A stretch of 64,000 nucleotides of DNA from Candidatus Binatia bacterium (GTDB lineage: Bacteria > Desulfobacterota > Binatia > HRBIN30): contig JBBRSP010000004.1 in NCBI GenBank assembly GCA_038245295.1, positions 192,001-256,000 of the forward strand, in the 5' to 3' direction. The notes under the pieces were generated by a model. It made no database searches. It was not told the origin of the DNA and worked only from the letters and a program-made list of their open reading frames with translations. The position numbers were made by a program, and so were the translations under genes. Numbering within the stretch: the first letter of the stretch is position 1; each line of letters starts with the position of its first letter. Positions 1-10,700 of the stretch are shown here, in pieces.

Positions 1-1
1 C

Positions 2-883
2 TACGCGCTCGGCAACATTGCCGGCCTCGTCGCCGCGCAACAGTTTGGTATTCCACTGTTCCTCGAAGTCAATTCATCGCTGGCTAAAGAGCGCCAAGAC
101 TTTGGGGGGCTGCGGTTTCCAAGCGTGGCACGCCATCTCGAGACGCAGCTGCTGCACCGCGCCGATCGTCTCTTTGTCGTATCCGAAGCCCTGCGCTCCC
201 GGTTTGTCGCCGCGGGGCATCCACCGGAGCGGCTGGTCACGAGCCACAACGCCGTCGACCTTGAGCGCTTCGACCGCCGCTTGGCGGCGGAAGAAGCGAA
301 GCGCCGGCTCGGACTCAGCGACAAGCTGATCATCGGTTTTACGGGCTTCATGCGAGAATGGCACCGCATTGATCAACTCATCGAAGTGATCGCGCGAGGC
401 GACGGCGCTCTCTCACGAGCGCATCTGCTGATCGTCGGCGACAGTAAAGTGAGCGCACCGCTGCGCGCCCTGGCGGAGGCAAGCGGAGTCGGCAATCGCC
501 TGACAATGACGGGAGTCGTCGCCCACGAGGACCTGGCATCGTACATCGCCGCGTTCGACGTCGCCGTGCAGGCCGGCAGCCCGGATTGTGCATCGCCACT
601 CAAGCTGTTCGAGTATATGGCGATGGCCAAGGCGATCGTCATGCCCGACGTCGCCGGCGTCCGCGAGGTGGTCACCTCAGGTGCCGAGGCCTTGTTGTTT
701 CGGCAAGACAGCCGCGACGATCTGACCAAAGCCATCCTGACGCTGCTCAACGATGCAGCCCTCCGCGAGCGCCTGGGCAACGCCGCCTACCATCGATTGG
801 TCGCCGCCGGCCACACGTGGGACAACAACGCGGCGCGGATCGAGGAACAGTGGGCAGCCGTGCGCCGCTGCGCACGCAAGTAA
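2..883 (+). CDS. Glycosyltransferase family 4 (GT-B), 5'-truncated by window edge
   Basis: Frame 2 is open from base 2 (YALGNIAG...PLFLEVNS). GFTGFMREWH and SPLKLFEYMAMAKAIV (EX7E-like region) motifs are typical of GT4. Confidence 0.9.
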   Translation, partial: YALGNIAGLVAAQQFGIPLFLEVNSSLAKERQDFGGLRFPSVARHLETQLLHRADRLFVVSEALRSRFVAAGHPPERLVTSHNAVDLERFDRRLAAEEAKRRLGLSDKLIIGFTGFMREWHRIDQLIEVIARGDGALSRAHLLIVGDSKVSAPLRALAEASGVGNRLTMTGVVAHEDLASYIAAFDVAVQAGSPDCASPLKLFEYMAMAKAIVMPDVAGVREVVTSGAEALLFRQDSRDDLTKAILTLLNDAALRERLGNAAYHRLVAAGHTWDNNAARIEEQWAAVRRCARK

Positions 884-908
884 GCCCCGCAAAGCTGCAG
901 GAGCATAG

Positions 909-1802
909 GTGCAGATTCGTAAACTCTCGAATGTCGTTGCTGTCGCTGCAGTCCTCGCAACCAGCCCCACAAGGGTCCTCGCCTGGGGCGACCAGGCACA
1001 TCGCATCATCTGCGCCATCGCCATGCGCGAAATGAGCGAATCATCAAGGCGCGAGGTCAACCGCCTCATCGCCATGGACGAGGAGTTTTCCAACTTCGCC
1101 GAGTCCTGCGTCTGGGCCGACCACCTGCGCGACAAGGCCCGGCGCCGTGGGGGCCCTGATGCGCGCGCACACGAACACTACATCAACGTCGCACGGACAA
1201 CGACGAAGATCCGCACCGACACCTGCACCCTCGCCGACGAGTGCCTGTTCAGCGCCCTCAAGTCGGACGAAAAGATCCTGTCCGACCGGCGTGCCAGCGA
1301 TGCCGACCGTCTCGCGGCACTCAAGTTTCTTGGTCACTGGATCGGCGATATCCATCAGCCGTTTCACGTCTCGTATGCCGACGACCGCGGAGGCAACTCG
1401 ATCGACACCAAAGGCGAATGCAGCTCGAATCTGCATGCCGCGTGGGACCAATGCCTCGTCCACAAACGTTTCCGGGTCGGCGACGCCGGCAAGATTGCGC
1501 AGAAATTGGCAAGCGGCATCACCGACGAGCAACGTAGGCAATGGACAGCCGTGCCGCCGGCGAGTTGGGCCGACGAGTCGTACCAGATCGTCACCTCGCC
1601 CGCGGTGAAGTACTGCGTCGAACACAACGGTACGTGTCGCTACTCGGCCCGCGAATTGGAGCTATCCCCACATAAGACGCATAAGATCGTCGCCATCGGC
1701 CCCGACTACATCGAGACCTATGGTCCCGTCGTTGAGGTACGATTGCAACAGGCGGGCGAACGGCTTGCCAACGTCCTCGACCGGTTGTTGGGGTCGCACT
1801 GA
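909..1802 (+). CDS. Secreted S1/P1 family nuclease
   Basis: Signal peptide followed by mature WGDQAH. WADHLR, HYIN, HWIGDIHQPFH, DRGGN and NLHAAWD zinc-ligand motifs. GGAG RBS upstream. Confidence 0.93.
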   Translation: MQIRKLSNVVAVAAVLATSPTRVLAWGDQAHRIICAIAMREMSESSRREVNRLIAMDEEFSNFAESCVWADHLRDKARRRGGPDARAHEHYINVARTTTKIRTDTCTLADECLFSALKSDEKILSDRRASDADRLAALKFLGHWIGDIHQPFHVSYADDRGGNSIDTKGECSSNLHAAWDQCLVHKRFRVGDAGKIAQKLASGITDEQRRQWTAVPPASWADESYQIVTSPAVKYCVEHNGTCRYSARELELSPHKTHKIVAIGPDYIETYGPVVEVRLQQAGERLANVLDRLLGSH

Positions 1803-1820
1803 ACCGGAGGCCGGAGCATC

Positions 1821-3794
1821 ATGGCTGAAGCGATTGTCACGGGCGGGTATTGGCAGGGGCGTCTGGCCGTCAACGCGGCTCGGGCCATTTTTCACCAACT
1901 CGAGGAATTGGAGAAAGCCGGCACGATCGACAACTTCCGCATCGCCGTCGGCGAGCTCGACGGATTCCGCGAGGGACTCTTCTTTACCGACTCCGACTTC
2001 TACAAGTGGCTGGAGGCGGCGGCGCGGATACAGCGGACACACCCGACTGCGGAGCTAGCGAGATTACTCGACGACTCGATCGCCCTGGTCGGGCGCGCCC
2101 AGGCGGCGGACGGCTATCTACACACGTACAACCAGATCCACTTTCGCGGGCGGCGGTGGATCAATCTGCAGATCGAACACGAGTTATATTGCTTCGGCCA
2201 CCTGATCGAAGCCGGCGTGTCACGCCTCGAGGCGACCGGGCACACCGACCTGCTCAATATCGCGCGCCGCGCCGCTGATTGCCTGGTCCGCGATTTCGCC
2301 GGCAAGGATCCTGCCTTCACACCCGGACACGAAGGGATCGAGCTGGCGCTGCTGCGTTTGTACGGCATCACACAAGCCGAAGCGTATCGACGCCTGGCGC
2401 AGCAATTCGTCGAGCAACGCGGCCGCATCAAACCCTTTGGCCCAACCATGCTGCGTCAACTCGCCAGTGTGGCGCGGCGGATCATCGTGATCGAAGGGAA
2501 GAGGAGACGCTTCTATCGCGCCCATCCGGACCACAGGCGGTACCATGACGAACCATGGAATTTCGCCCGCAAGCCGCGCGGGATCGGTTGGCGCTGGCTG
2601 CGGAACATGCTCGACGGCCGCTACCTGCAGCAACACGCACCGGTACGAGATTCCCATTCCCCCGAAGGACATGCAGTCTGCTTCGGTTACTTTCAAACCG
2701 GCACCGCCATGCTGCTGCAAGCCAATGGTGATCAGAGCCTGCTTCCTGCTCTGCAAGCAGCGTGGGAGCACATGGTCACCCGGCGCATGTATGTCACCGG
2801 TGGCCTTGGCTCGTTACCCGGCATCGAGGGCTTCGGCGCCGACTACGAGCTCGATCCGGAGTATGCCTACACGGAGAGCTGCGCCGCCCTCGCCAACATT
2901 TTCTGGAACTGGGAGATGGCGAAGATTACCGGCGAGGCCAAGTACAGCGATTTACTCGAGTGGCAGCTGTACAACGCCGCTGCGGTCGGCATGGGGCAAA
3001 CCGGTACGACCTATTTCTACAACAACCCGCTGCTGTGCCGTGGCGGGGTGGTGCGCCGTCCCTGGTTCAAGGTTCCGTGTTGCCCGTCGAATCTTTCACG
3101 TGTCTTCGCCAATCTGGCGCAATACATCGCGACCGAGGACGGGCGTTCGGTGTGGCTACACCAATACGTCACCAGCTCCGTGACGACGCGTCATGTTAGA
3201 CTCGAAATCTCCGCAGACCTTCCCTGGCAGGGACGTGTGAAGATCAAGGTCGAACCCGTGAACGACGCCAGTCACGAGTTCACGTTGCACCTGCGTATTC
3301 CGTCCTGGGCTCTCTCGTCGGATCCGCTGTGCGTCATGGTGAATGGAGCCTCGATCGCGACCTCACGACTCAGCACCGTCGCCGTAAGCCCGGAACCAAC
3401 GGCACATGGATACGATCCGCGCCAAGCGATCTTTGTCCAGATCACGCGCACGTGGTCCGCCGGTGATTGCGTCGAAGTCGATTTTCCCATGCCGGTTCTG
3501 ATCCGGCGGGCCCATCCGAAAGTCGCAGGGCATACGGGGAAGGCGGCGGTGACCCGTGGTCCGCTTGTTTATGCCAGCGAGTCCACCGACAATCCCGAGG
3601 TTGATGTCGCTGACGTGCGCCTGTTGGCAGGGTCTTTCGAGCCAGTGTGGGATGACACACTCCTCGGTGGCATCTTCAAAATCCAGGCGAGAGCCGAGAT
3701 TGGTCAGCCAGTCGTCCTCATCCCCTACCATCTCTGGGGCAATCGTGGCGCGTCCCAGATGAGGGTGTGGGTGAATCTCGCTCCTCAGGCCTAA
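1821..3794 (+). CDS. Glycoside hydrolase family 127 (beta-L-arabinofuranosidase-like)
   Basis: DSDFYKWLEA, HELYCFGHLIEAG, MYVTGG, EGFG, YTESCAA and PCCP (Glu/Cys catalytic and Zn set). C-terminal RGPLVY and LIPYHLWGNRG. GGAG RBS. Confidence 0.93.
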   Translation: MAEAIVTGGYWQGRLAVNAARAIFHQLEELEKAGTIDNFRIAVGELDGFREGLFFTDSDFYKWLEAAARIQRTHPTAELARLLDDSIALVGRAQAADGYLHTYNQIHFRGRRWINLQIEHELYCFGHLIEAGVSRLEATGHTDLLNIARRAADCLVRDFAGKDPAFTPGHEGIELALLRLYGITQAEAYRRLAQQFVEQRGRIKPFGPTMLRQLASVARRIIVIEGKRRRFYRAHPDHRRYHDEPWNFARKPRGIGWRWLRNMLDGRYLQQHAPVRDSHSPEGHAVCFGYFQTGTAMLLQANGDQSLLPALQAAWEHMVTRRMYVTGGLGSLPGIEGFGADYELDPEYAYTESCAALANIFWNWEMAKITGEAKYSDLLEWQLYNAAAVGMGQTGTTYFYNNPLLCRGGVVRRPWFKVPCCPSNLSRVFANLAQYIATEDGRSVWLHQYVTSSVTTRHVRLEISADLPWQGRVKIKVEPVNDASHEFTLHLRIPSWALSSDPLCVMVNGASIATSRLSTVAVSPEPTAHGYDPRQAIFVQITRTWSAGDCVEVDFPMPVLIRRAHPKVAGHTGKAAVTRGPLVYASESTDNPEVDVADVRLLAGSFEPVWDDTLLGGIFKIQARAEIGQPVVLIPYHLWGNRGASQMRVWVNLAPQA

Positions 3795-3901
3795 CGACAA
3801 CCGCCGAGCCGCATTCGCGGCGGCGCACTCGACCGACCGCGCCGATCCCGAAAATGGGAACGGCCCGGGTCACAGGACTTGCCTCCCCTCGCACCGCCCA
3901 G

Positions 3902-3916
3902 CGGCATGGATCGTGC
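3902..3916 (+). promoter_or_regulatory. Candidate sigma-54 (-24/-12) promoter of the radical SAM gene
   Basis: CGGCATGGATCGTGC has GG-N10-GC spacing, about 28 nt upstream of ATG 3944. Confidence 0.4.
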
Positions 3917-3943
3917 GATCGTCTGATCTCTATGGAGGACGCG

Positions 3944-5134
3944 ATGCGCGACGTATCTCAATCGCAACCAACTGATCCGGGTAGCCATCCTGCCGGACTT
4001 CCTCTCATGAAGGGCGGCGGCCGCCCCGCGGCAACCGACTATGCCGAAGCCCCGTTCCTGGTCATCTGGGAAACCACCCAATCCTGTGACCTTGCCTGTC
4101 GTCACTGTCGTGCGTCGGCGCAACCGCTGCGCCACCCGGCGGAGCTGACAACAGCCGAAGGTGAGCGGTTGCTCGACCAGACGGCAGAGATGGGAACCCC
4201 GGTCTTCATCTTGAGCGGCGGCGACCCGTCGAAGCGGCCGGACCTCTGCACGCTGATTCGCTACGGTAAGCGACTTGGGCTGCGCATGGGCACGATCCCC
4301 GCCGCCTCCGCCGCATTGACGGCAAACGTCGTGCACCAACTGAAGGATAGCGGCCTGGATCAGATGGCGTTGAGTCTCGATTTCCCAACCGCGGCCTTAC
4401 ACGACGAGTTTCGCGGCGTCCCCGGGGCCTTTGCCCGTACCATGGCGGCCATCGAATGGGCGCACCGTTGCGAGTTACCCCTTCAGATCAATACGACGAT
4501 CAGCGGTCGCTCCGCTCCGTATTTAGAAGACATGGTCAAGCTGGTCGAGAAACTGGGTATCGTCTTTTGGGAGGTCTTCTTCCTCGTCCCAGTCGGTCGC
4601 GGAGAGGCACTGGGTGGGATGACACCCGAGCAGTGCGAAGATCTCTTCGAAATCCTCTACCGCGTCCAGAAGAGCTCTCCTTTTGTGGTGAAAGTCACCG
4701 AAGCACCGCACTACCGTCGTTATGTCGCGCAGCGCGAAGACGCGCGCGGCGGCACCATGCCGCAGCTCCTGCAGCGCTCCGAAGGGCCCGGGCATACGGT
4801 TGGATTGGCCCCACGCGGCGTCAACGCCGGCAATGGTTTTGCCTTCGTTTCACATACCGGCGACGTTTATCCGAGCGGCTTCCTACCGCTCAATGCCGGC
4901 AACGTGCGCTCGCAATCGCTCATCGACATCTATCGCAACCATCCGCTGTTCCGAGAACTGCGCAACCCCGACGCCTTGCTCGGGCGCTGCGGGCACTGCG
5001 AGTATCGTACCCTCTGTGGTGGCTCGCGCTCGCGCGCCTACGCCCTCACCGGGAACTACCTGGCGACGGACCCTTGGTGCGGGTATGTGCCGACCATCAA
5101 TCGCACGGCACATTGTGCAAAGGCCGCAAATTGA
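3944..5134 (+). CDS. Radical SAM/SPASM protein, TIGR04053-like (NirJ/Ahb-related group)
   Basis: PFLVIWETTQSCDLACRHCRA (CxxxCxxC), SGGDP, and C-terminal CGHCEYRTLCGGSRSRAYA...DPWC SPASM motif. Start set at ATG 3944 after GGAGG; the ORF track begins at 3767. Confidence 0.88.
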   Translation: MRDVSQSQPTDPGSHPAGLPLMKGGGRPAATDYAEAPFLVIWETTQSCDLACRHCRASAQPLRHPAELTTAEGERLLDQTAEMGTPVFILSGGDPSKRPDLCTLIRYGKRLGLRMGTIPAASAALTANVVHQLKDSGLDQMALSLDFPTAALHDEFRGVPGAFARTMAAIEWAHRCELPLQINTTISGRSAPYLEDMVKLVEKLGIVFWEVFFLVPVGRGEALGGMTPEQCEDLFEILYRVQKSSPFVVKVTEAPHYRRYVAQREDARGGTMPQLLQRSEGPGHTVGLAPRGVNAGNGFAFVSHTGDVYPSGFLPLNAGNVRSQSLIDIYRNHPLFRELRNPDALLGRCGHCEYRTLCGGSRSRAYALTGNYLATDPWCGYVPTINRTAHCAKAAN

Positions 5135-5231
5135 GCTGGATTCCCACAACGGCCTCTCCCGCATCGATCGGACACCCCGACGACGGGTAAGGGCCGGGGT
5201 GATTGTGACGGCTAGTAAAACAGCGCCCTTG

Positions 5232-5248
5232 TTCATGTTCGTTTCATG
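5232..5248 (+). promoter_or_regulatory. Putative OmpR-family regulator box upstream of czcC
   Basis: TTCATG-N5-TTCATG direct repeat with 11-bp period, about 23 nt upstream of the operon start. An OmpR-type regulator is encoded at 10936. Confidence 0.5.
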
Positions 5249-5271
5249 GAGCGCGGTTACGCTGCCGGGCA

Positions 5272-6510
5272 ATGAAAGCCTTTCGGCAACTTGCCTTTGG
5301 ACTCCTCGGCATCGCCTCGACGAGCGCGGCTCAGCCGTTGCCGCTCGAAGGGGTACTGCGCCAGGTGCGCCACAACGCCCCGCAGGTGGGAACGGCGCGT
5401 GAGCGACTGGCCGCGGCGCGCGGTGCGCTCGATCAAGCCGACCGTCTCCCCAATCCATTCCTCGAGCTGCGCCAGGAAAATCTGACGTTCAACTCACACG
5501 GCCCGGTCGCCAACGATCCATCGCTCGATTTCTTTGCGACGCTCAGCCAGCCGCTCGAGCTCGGCGGCAAACGTGCGGAACGGCGGGCCATTGCCGCTGC
5601 CGACGTTACCGTCGCCAGTGCCGACGGCCAGCGTGTCGAGCGCGAGCTCATCATCGAAACCGCTCGCCGCTACCTCGCCGCCGTGCGGGCACGCGAGGAG
5701 CTCCGGATGCTGCAGGAAGCACGCACCGACTTTCAGTTGCTGGTGCAAACCATGGAACGACGCGTCATCGAAGGGTACGCGCCGGAAGCCGACCTGATGA
5801 AGTTCCGCACCGAGGCGGCGCGCCTGGATGCATCGGTGACGCAAGTTCGCATCGATGGCATGCGCCATCGCAGCGCCCTCGCGGCGCTCCTCGGCGAGCC
5901 CACCCCGGTCACCGACGAGCGCCTGGTGGTGCCGGCGCCCCTGGCCCCGCCGACCGGCGATCGCCCGAGTCTCGTCGAAGCTGCCGTCCGTCGGCACCCC
6001 GAGATGCAAGCTGCCCTGGCGCGTGTCGAGCGCGCCGAACATGTCCTGGAGCTCGAGCGCGCACGCCGCATCCCCGATCCGGCTCTTACCGCGGGGTACA
6101 AGCGTACCGCCGGTGTCGACACGATGGTCACCGGCGTAACGGTCGCCCTGCCCGTCTTCGATGCGAATCAGGGCAACGTCACACGCGCCGGTGCCGAAGC
6201 CAGCGCCACGGCGTTCGAGCGGGAGACTCTGCGCCGCCAGCTCACCGCCGAAATCGAGACACTCCTCGTGACTGCTGACGAGCTGGGACTACGCGCGCAA
6301 CGCATTGACGCCGAACTGCTGCACCCAGCCGACGTCGTGCGCAGCGCCGCCCGCTCGGCGTTCCGCGAAGGCGCGACCAATATTCTGCAGCTTGTCGATG
6401 CGGAACGCGTGTTCACCGACGCGCACCGCACGGCAGTGAACCTGGCTCTCGATGCCTATGCGGCGGCGCTCGCCGCCCGTCTCAGCTGCCTGGAGGAAGC
6501 TCTTCCATGA
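5272..6510 (+). CDS. czcC: TolC/CzcC-family outer membrane efflux protein
   Basis: Signal peptide, LPNP, LSQPLELGGKR, LPVFDANQGN, FREG..ILQLVDAER. First gene of a CBA operon. Confidence 0.85.
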   Translation: MKAFRQLAFGLLGIASTSAAQPLPLEGVLRQVRHNAPQVGTARERLAAARGALDQADRLPNPFLELRQENLTFNSHGPVANDPSLDFFATLSQPLELGGKRAERRAIAAADVTVASADGQRVERELIIETARRYLAAVRAREELRMLQEARTDFQLLVQTMERRVIEGYAPEADLMKFRTEAARLDASVTQVRIDGMRHRSALAALLGEPTPVTDERLVVPAPLAPPTGDRPSLVEAAVRRHPEMQAALARVERAEHVLELERARRIPDPALTAGYKRTAGVDTMVTGVTVALPVFDANQGNVTRAGAEASATAFERETLRRQLTAEIETLLVTADELGLRAQRIDAELLHPADVVRSAARSAFREGATNILQLVDAERVFTDAHRTAVNLALDAYAAALAARLSCLEEALP

Positions 6511-7730
6511 ATCCACGCCGTATTCCCACCGCCGGTATCGGCGTCCTCGCCACCGTCGCCGGGCTCGCCTTGCTGCTCGCCGCCTGGCGCTGGCGCAGTG
6601 CGACGCCGACGCCCGAAGCGACGCAGCCAACTCCTCCCACCGCCTCCGACACCGTGCATTTGGATGCCGCCGCACAGGCCGGCGCCGGTCTTGAAATCGT
6701 CATCGTCGCCAAACACGAGCAGCGCGAGCGCCTCGAGGCACCTGGCGTGCTGGCGCTCGACGAAACGCACACGGCACGCCTCGGCTCGGTGGTGGAGGGC
6801 AACGTCTTGACCACCTCGGCAGGCGTCGGTGACCGTGTCGCCGCCGGACAGGTCCTCGCCCAGTTGCATAGTCGGGTCATCCACGAAGGCTGGGCCGCCT
6901 ATCGCAAGGCCGTCGCCGAACGAAAGCGAGCCAACACCGAGCTCGTCTACTCGGTGCAAGCACATCAGCGGGCCCAACGTCTCTACAACGACAAGGCGAT
7001 CTCCCTGCAGGAAGTGCAGCGGGCATTGGCGGATCGGCAGGCGGCGGAACAGAACCTCGACATGGCCGTGACCGAGGTACGTCGAGGCGAAGAGGCGTTG
7101 GAACATCTAGGCATTACCTCTGGCGACGATCCGAGCGGCGAGAGCGGTGAGCAGATCCCGGTGCGCTCGCCTCTCGATGGCGCGGTGCTTGAACGAAGCG
7201 TCACCACCGGCACCGCCGTCACACCAGGCATGGGCCTGTTCGTTGTCAGCGATCTGTCGATCCTCTGGGCGCTGGCCGAGATCGATGAAACTAAACTGCC
7301 ACGCGTACGCGTCGGCCTGCCCGTCGAGGTGCGTGTCGCCGCCTACCCAGGCGAGGCATTTCCGGGGAGCATCATCTTCGTCGCCGATACACTCGACCCG
7401 AAAACCCGCCGCATTACTGTTCGCTGTCGGGTCGCCAACGTCGAAGGTCGATTGAAGCCACAGATGTTCGCCACCATCGCCGTCGAGGAAGCTTCCGCCC
7501 GCATGCTTACAGCCGTGCCGGCAGCCGCCATCCAGGAGATCGACGCACATCCCGTGGTCTTTGTCGCCGAGGCAGACGACGTATTCCGCCGCCGCGCCGT
7601 CAAGATCGGCAGCGAAACGGATGGGTGGATCGAAATCGTCGACGGCCTTCAGCCCGGCGAACGAATCGTCGCCTCCGGTAGCTTCCTGCTCAAATCGGAG
7701 CTCCTGAAGACAGTGACGGCGGGGGACTAG
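6507..7730 (+). CDS. czcB: RND periplasmic adaptor (CzcB/CusB family)
   Basis: N-terminal anchor, lipoyl half-motifs (GDRVAAGQVL, VRSPLDG), LDPKTR, LKPQMFA, GLQPGERIV. Overlaps the czcC stop (ATGA). Confidence 0.88.
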   Translation: MNPRRIPTAGIGVLATVAGLALLLAAWRWRSATPTPEATQPTPPTASDTVHLDAAAQAGAGLEIVIVAKHEQRERLEAPGVLALDETHTARLGSVVEGNVLTTSAGVGDRVAAGQVLAQLHSRVIHEGWAAYRKAVAERKRANTELVYSVQAHQRAQRLYNDKAISLQEVQRALADRQAAEQNLDMAVTEVRRGEEALEHLGITSGDDPSGESGEQIPVRSPLDGAVLERSVTTGTAVTPGMGLFVVSDLSILWALAEIDETKLPRVRVGLPVEVRVAAYPGEAFPGSIIFVADTLDPKTRRITVRCRVANVEGRLKPQMFATIAVEEASARMLTAVPAAAIQEIDAHPVVFVAEADDVFRRRAVKIGSETDGWIEIVDGLQPGERIVASGSFLLKSELLKTVTAGD

Positions 7731-7732
7731 CC

Positions 7733-10700
7733 ATGGGACCGCTGGAACGTTTCGTCGCCGCCGCCTTAAATCAGCGGCTGTTGGTCCTGCTCGGGCTCGC
7801 CGCCCTCGTCCTCGGCGGCACTACGGCCTACGAATCGCTGCCGGTGGAAGCCTTTCCCGACCTGACCAACAACCAGGTCGTCGTTGTCACCGAAGCGCCT
7901 GGCCTCGCCGCGACGGAGGTCGAGCAGCGTGTTACCTATCCCGTCGAATCGGCAATCATGGGTGTTCCAGGCGCAGAACAGATCCGTTCGCTATCGAAAT
8001 TCGGTTTGTCGCTCGTCACCGTCGTGTTCGAAGATCGTGTGCCGATTTACTTCGCGCGCCAACAGATCTCGGAACGCCTCAATGAAGCACGCGGCCGCCT
8101 ACCGGCCGGTATCGAACCCGCGCTTGGCCCGGTCGCCACGGCCTTTGGAGAAGTCTACCAGTACCTCCTCGAAGGCAACGGCGTCGACGCCATGGAGAAG
8201 AAGACGCTGCAAGACTGGGAGATACGCCTGCGTCTACGTTCCGTGAAAGGAGTGGGCGAGGTGAACTCCTGGGGCGGCGAGACCAAGCAGTTCCACGTCA
8301 TCGTCGACCCACACAAGCTCGAGAAATATGGCCTCGCTCTTCAGCAACTCCTGCAAGCCGTCGCCGACAACAACGCCGCCTTCGGCGGTGGCTTCCTCGA
8401 ACATCGCTCGGAACGTTTCACTGTTCGCGGCCTCGGCCTGGCGCGCGGCGTCGACGACCTGCGCAAAATCGTCGTTACGGCCAAGGATGGCGTACCCATC
8501 CTCGTCGGTGATGTCGCCGAAGTACGGGGTGCGCCGATGCCGCGCAACGGCGCCGTAACACGTGACGGCAAGGGCGAGAGCGTCGCCGGGATGGTCATTT
8601 TGCTCAAGGGAGAGAATGCCAAGAGTGTGACCGGGCGGGTCAAGGAACGCGTCGCCGACATCGCCAAGACCCTCCCGCCCGGCGTATCGATCGAGCCGTT
8701 CTATGATCAAACGGAGGTCATCGACCGCACCACGCACACACTCGGCAGGAATCTGATCGAGGGGTCGGTTCTGGTCATCGCGGTGCTGCTCGTCTTCTTA
8801 CGCGACGTGCGCGCCGCGTTGCTGGTGGCGATGGTCATCCCGTTGTCGCTCCTGGTCGCATTCATCGGCATGTCGGCTTTCGGCGTCTCCGCCAACCTCA
8901 TGTCACTCGGCGCCATCGACTTCGGGCTTATCGTCGACGGTGCGGTCGTCATGATGGAGAACTTCATCCGACGGCGTAGCGATCCGAGTGACGAAACCAC
9001 CGTCCACGCCGGCGACAGTCAGGTGCGGCGCCGTGCCTTCTTCAGCTCTGCCGCCAGCGAAGTCGCACGGCCGGTAGTCTTCGGCGTGCTCATCATCGTC
9101 GCCGTCTACCTGCCGATCTTCACGCTGCAGGGCCTCGAAGGCAAAATGTTCCAGCCGATGGCCATCACCGTCTGCTCCGCCATTCTCGGGGCTTTGCTCC
9201 TGTCACTGACCGTGGTTCCGGTGCTGTCCTCCATGTGGTTGCCGATCGACGGCCACGCGCACCACGAGGAGGCATGGTTCCAGCGACTGCGAGCGGCCTA
9301 CCTGCGCCACCTCAGCGATGCGATGCGACACCGTCGGCGCACGTTGCTGATCGCTTTCGCGGTCGTGTCGGTCGCTCTCGGATCTCTGCCGTTCCTCGGC
9401 ACCGAGTTCATGCCGAAACTCGACGAAGGTTCGATCCTCATCGAGACCCGCAAGCTGCCGTCGGTGGCGCTCGATGATTCGGTTCAGATCTCCAGCCGCG
9501 TCGAGCGCTTGTTGCTGCAGTTCCCCGAGGTCCGCCGCATCGTCACCAAGCTCGGCCGTCCCGACATCGCCACCGAAGCAATGGGAATCTACCAGGGCGA
9601 CGTTTACGTGCTGCTGCATCCGCCCGAAGCGTGGATAACCGGCCGCACCAAGGAAGATCTCATCGCCGCGATGGCCGCCAAACTATCCGAGATGCCGGGC
9701 GTCAGCTTTAACTTCACCCAGCCGATGGCCATGCGACTCGACGAGGTTGTATCGGGCGTGAAGGCCGACGTGGCGGTGAAAGTCTTCGGTCCCGACGCCG
9801 CGGTCCTCGAGAGACTGGGCGGAGCGGTTCGCGATGTGCTGACCGACGTGCACGGCGCGGCGGACCTGCAGGTAGAGGTTCTCTCCGGCGCCGCCTTGCT
9901 GCAAATTGAGATCGATCGCGACAAGATCGCACGCTACGGCCTGAACGTCGCCGATGTCCGCAGCGTCGTCGAAACAGCGATCGGCGGAACGGTGGCGACC
10001 GAGGTGCTCGATGGCGTGCGGCGCTTCGGGGTACTCGTGCGTTATCCCGACGAGCTGCGCCATGACCCGGCCGCGGTGGAGAGCATTCTGCTCACGGCGC
10101 CGGGGGGAGAGCGTGTTCCGCTGGGACAGATCGCGCGGATCGCCACCGTCCACGGCCCGGAGGCCGTAAACCGCGAAGATGGTGAGCGCCGTCTGGTGGT
10201 CCAGGCCAACGTCCGTGGTCGTGACATCGGCAGCTTCGTGGCCGAAGCGCAGAAGAAGATCGACGCCAAGGTTTCCTTGCCCAGCGGCTACTACCTGCGC
10301 TGGGGCGGCCAGTTCGAAAACCAACAACGCGCCATGCGCCGTCTGACGCTCGTCGTGCCGCTGTCTCTGGCAATCATTTTTGTACTTCTGTTCGCAACCT
10401 TCCACCGCATACGGCAAGCCGCACTGGTCATCCTCAACGTCCCCTTCGCACTGGTCGGCGGCATCGCCGCACTGTGGTTGCGCGGTCTGAACCTCAATCT
10501 GTCGGCGTCGGTTGGTTTCATCGCCTTGTTCGGCGTCGCCGTGCTCAATGGTGTTGTCCTGGTGGCAGCCGTGAATGCCCTGCGCGACGAGGGCAAGGAG
10601 CTCGGCGATGCGATCGCCACCGGAGCAGCACGTCGGCTCAAGCCGGTACTCATGACCGCGCTCGTCGCCGCCCTCGGCTTCTTACCCATGGCATTGTCGC

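Noticed and set aside
3767..3943. N-terminal extension or precursor peptide for the radical SAM (RiPP)
   Set aside because: A better RBS and ATG lie at 3944, no plausible precursor ORF is visible, and the family resembles cofactor-maturation enzymes.
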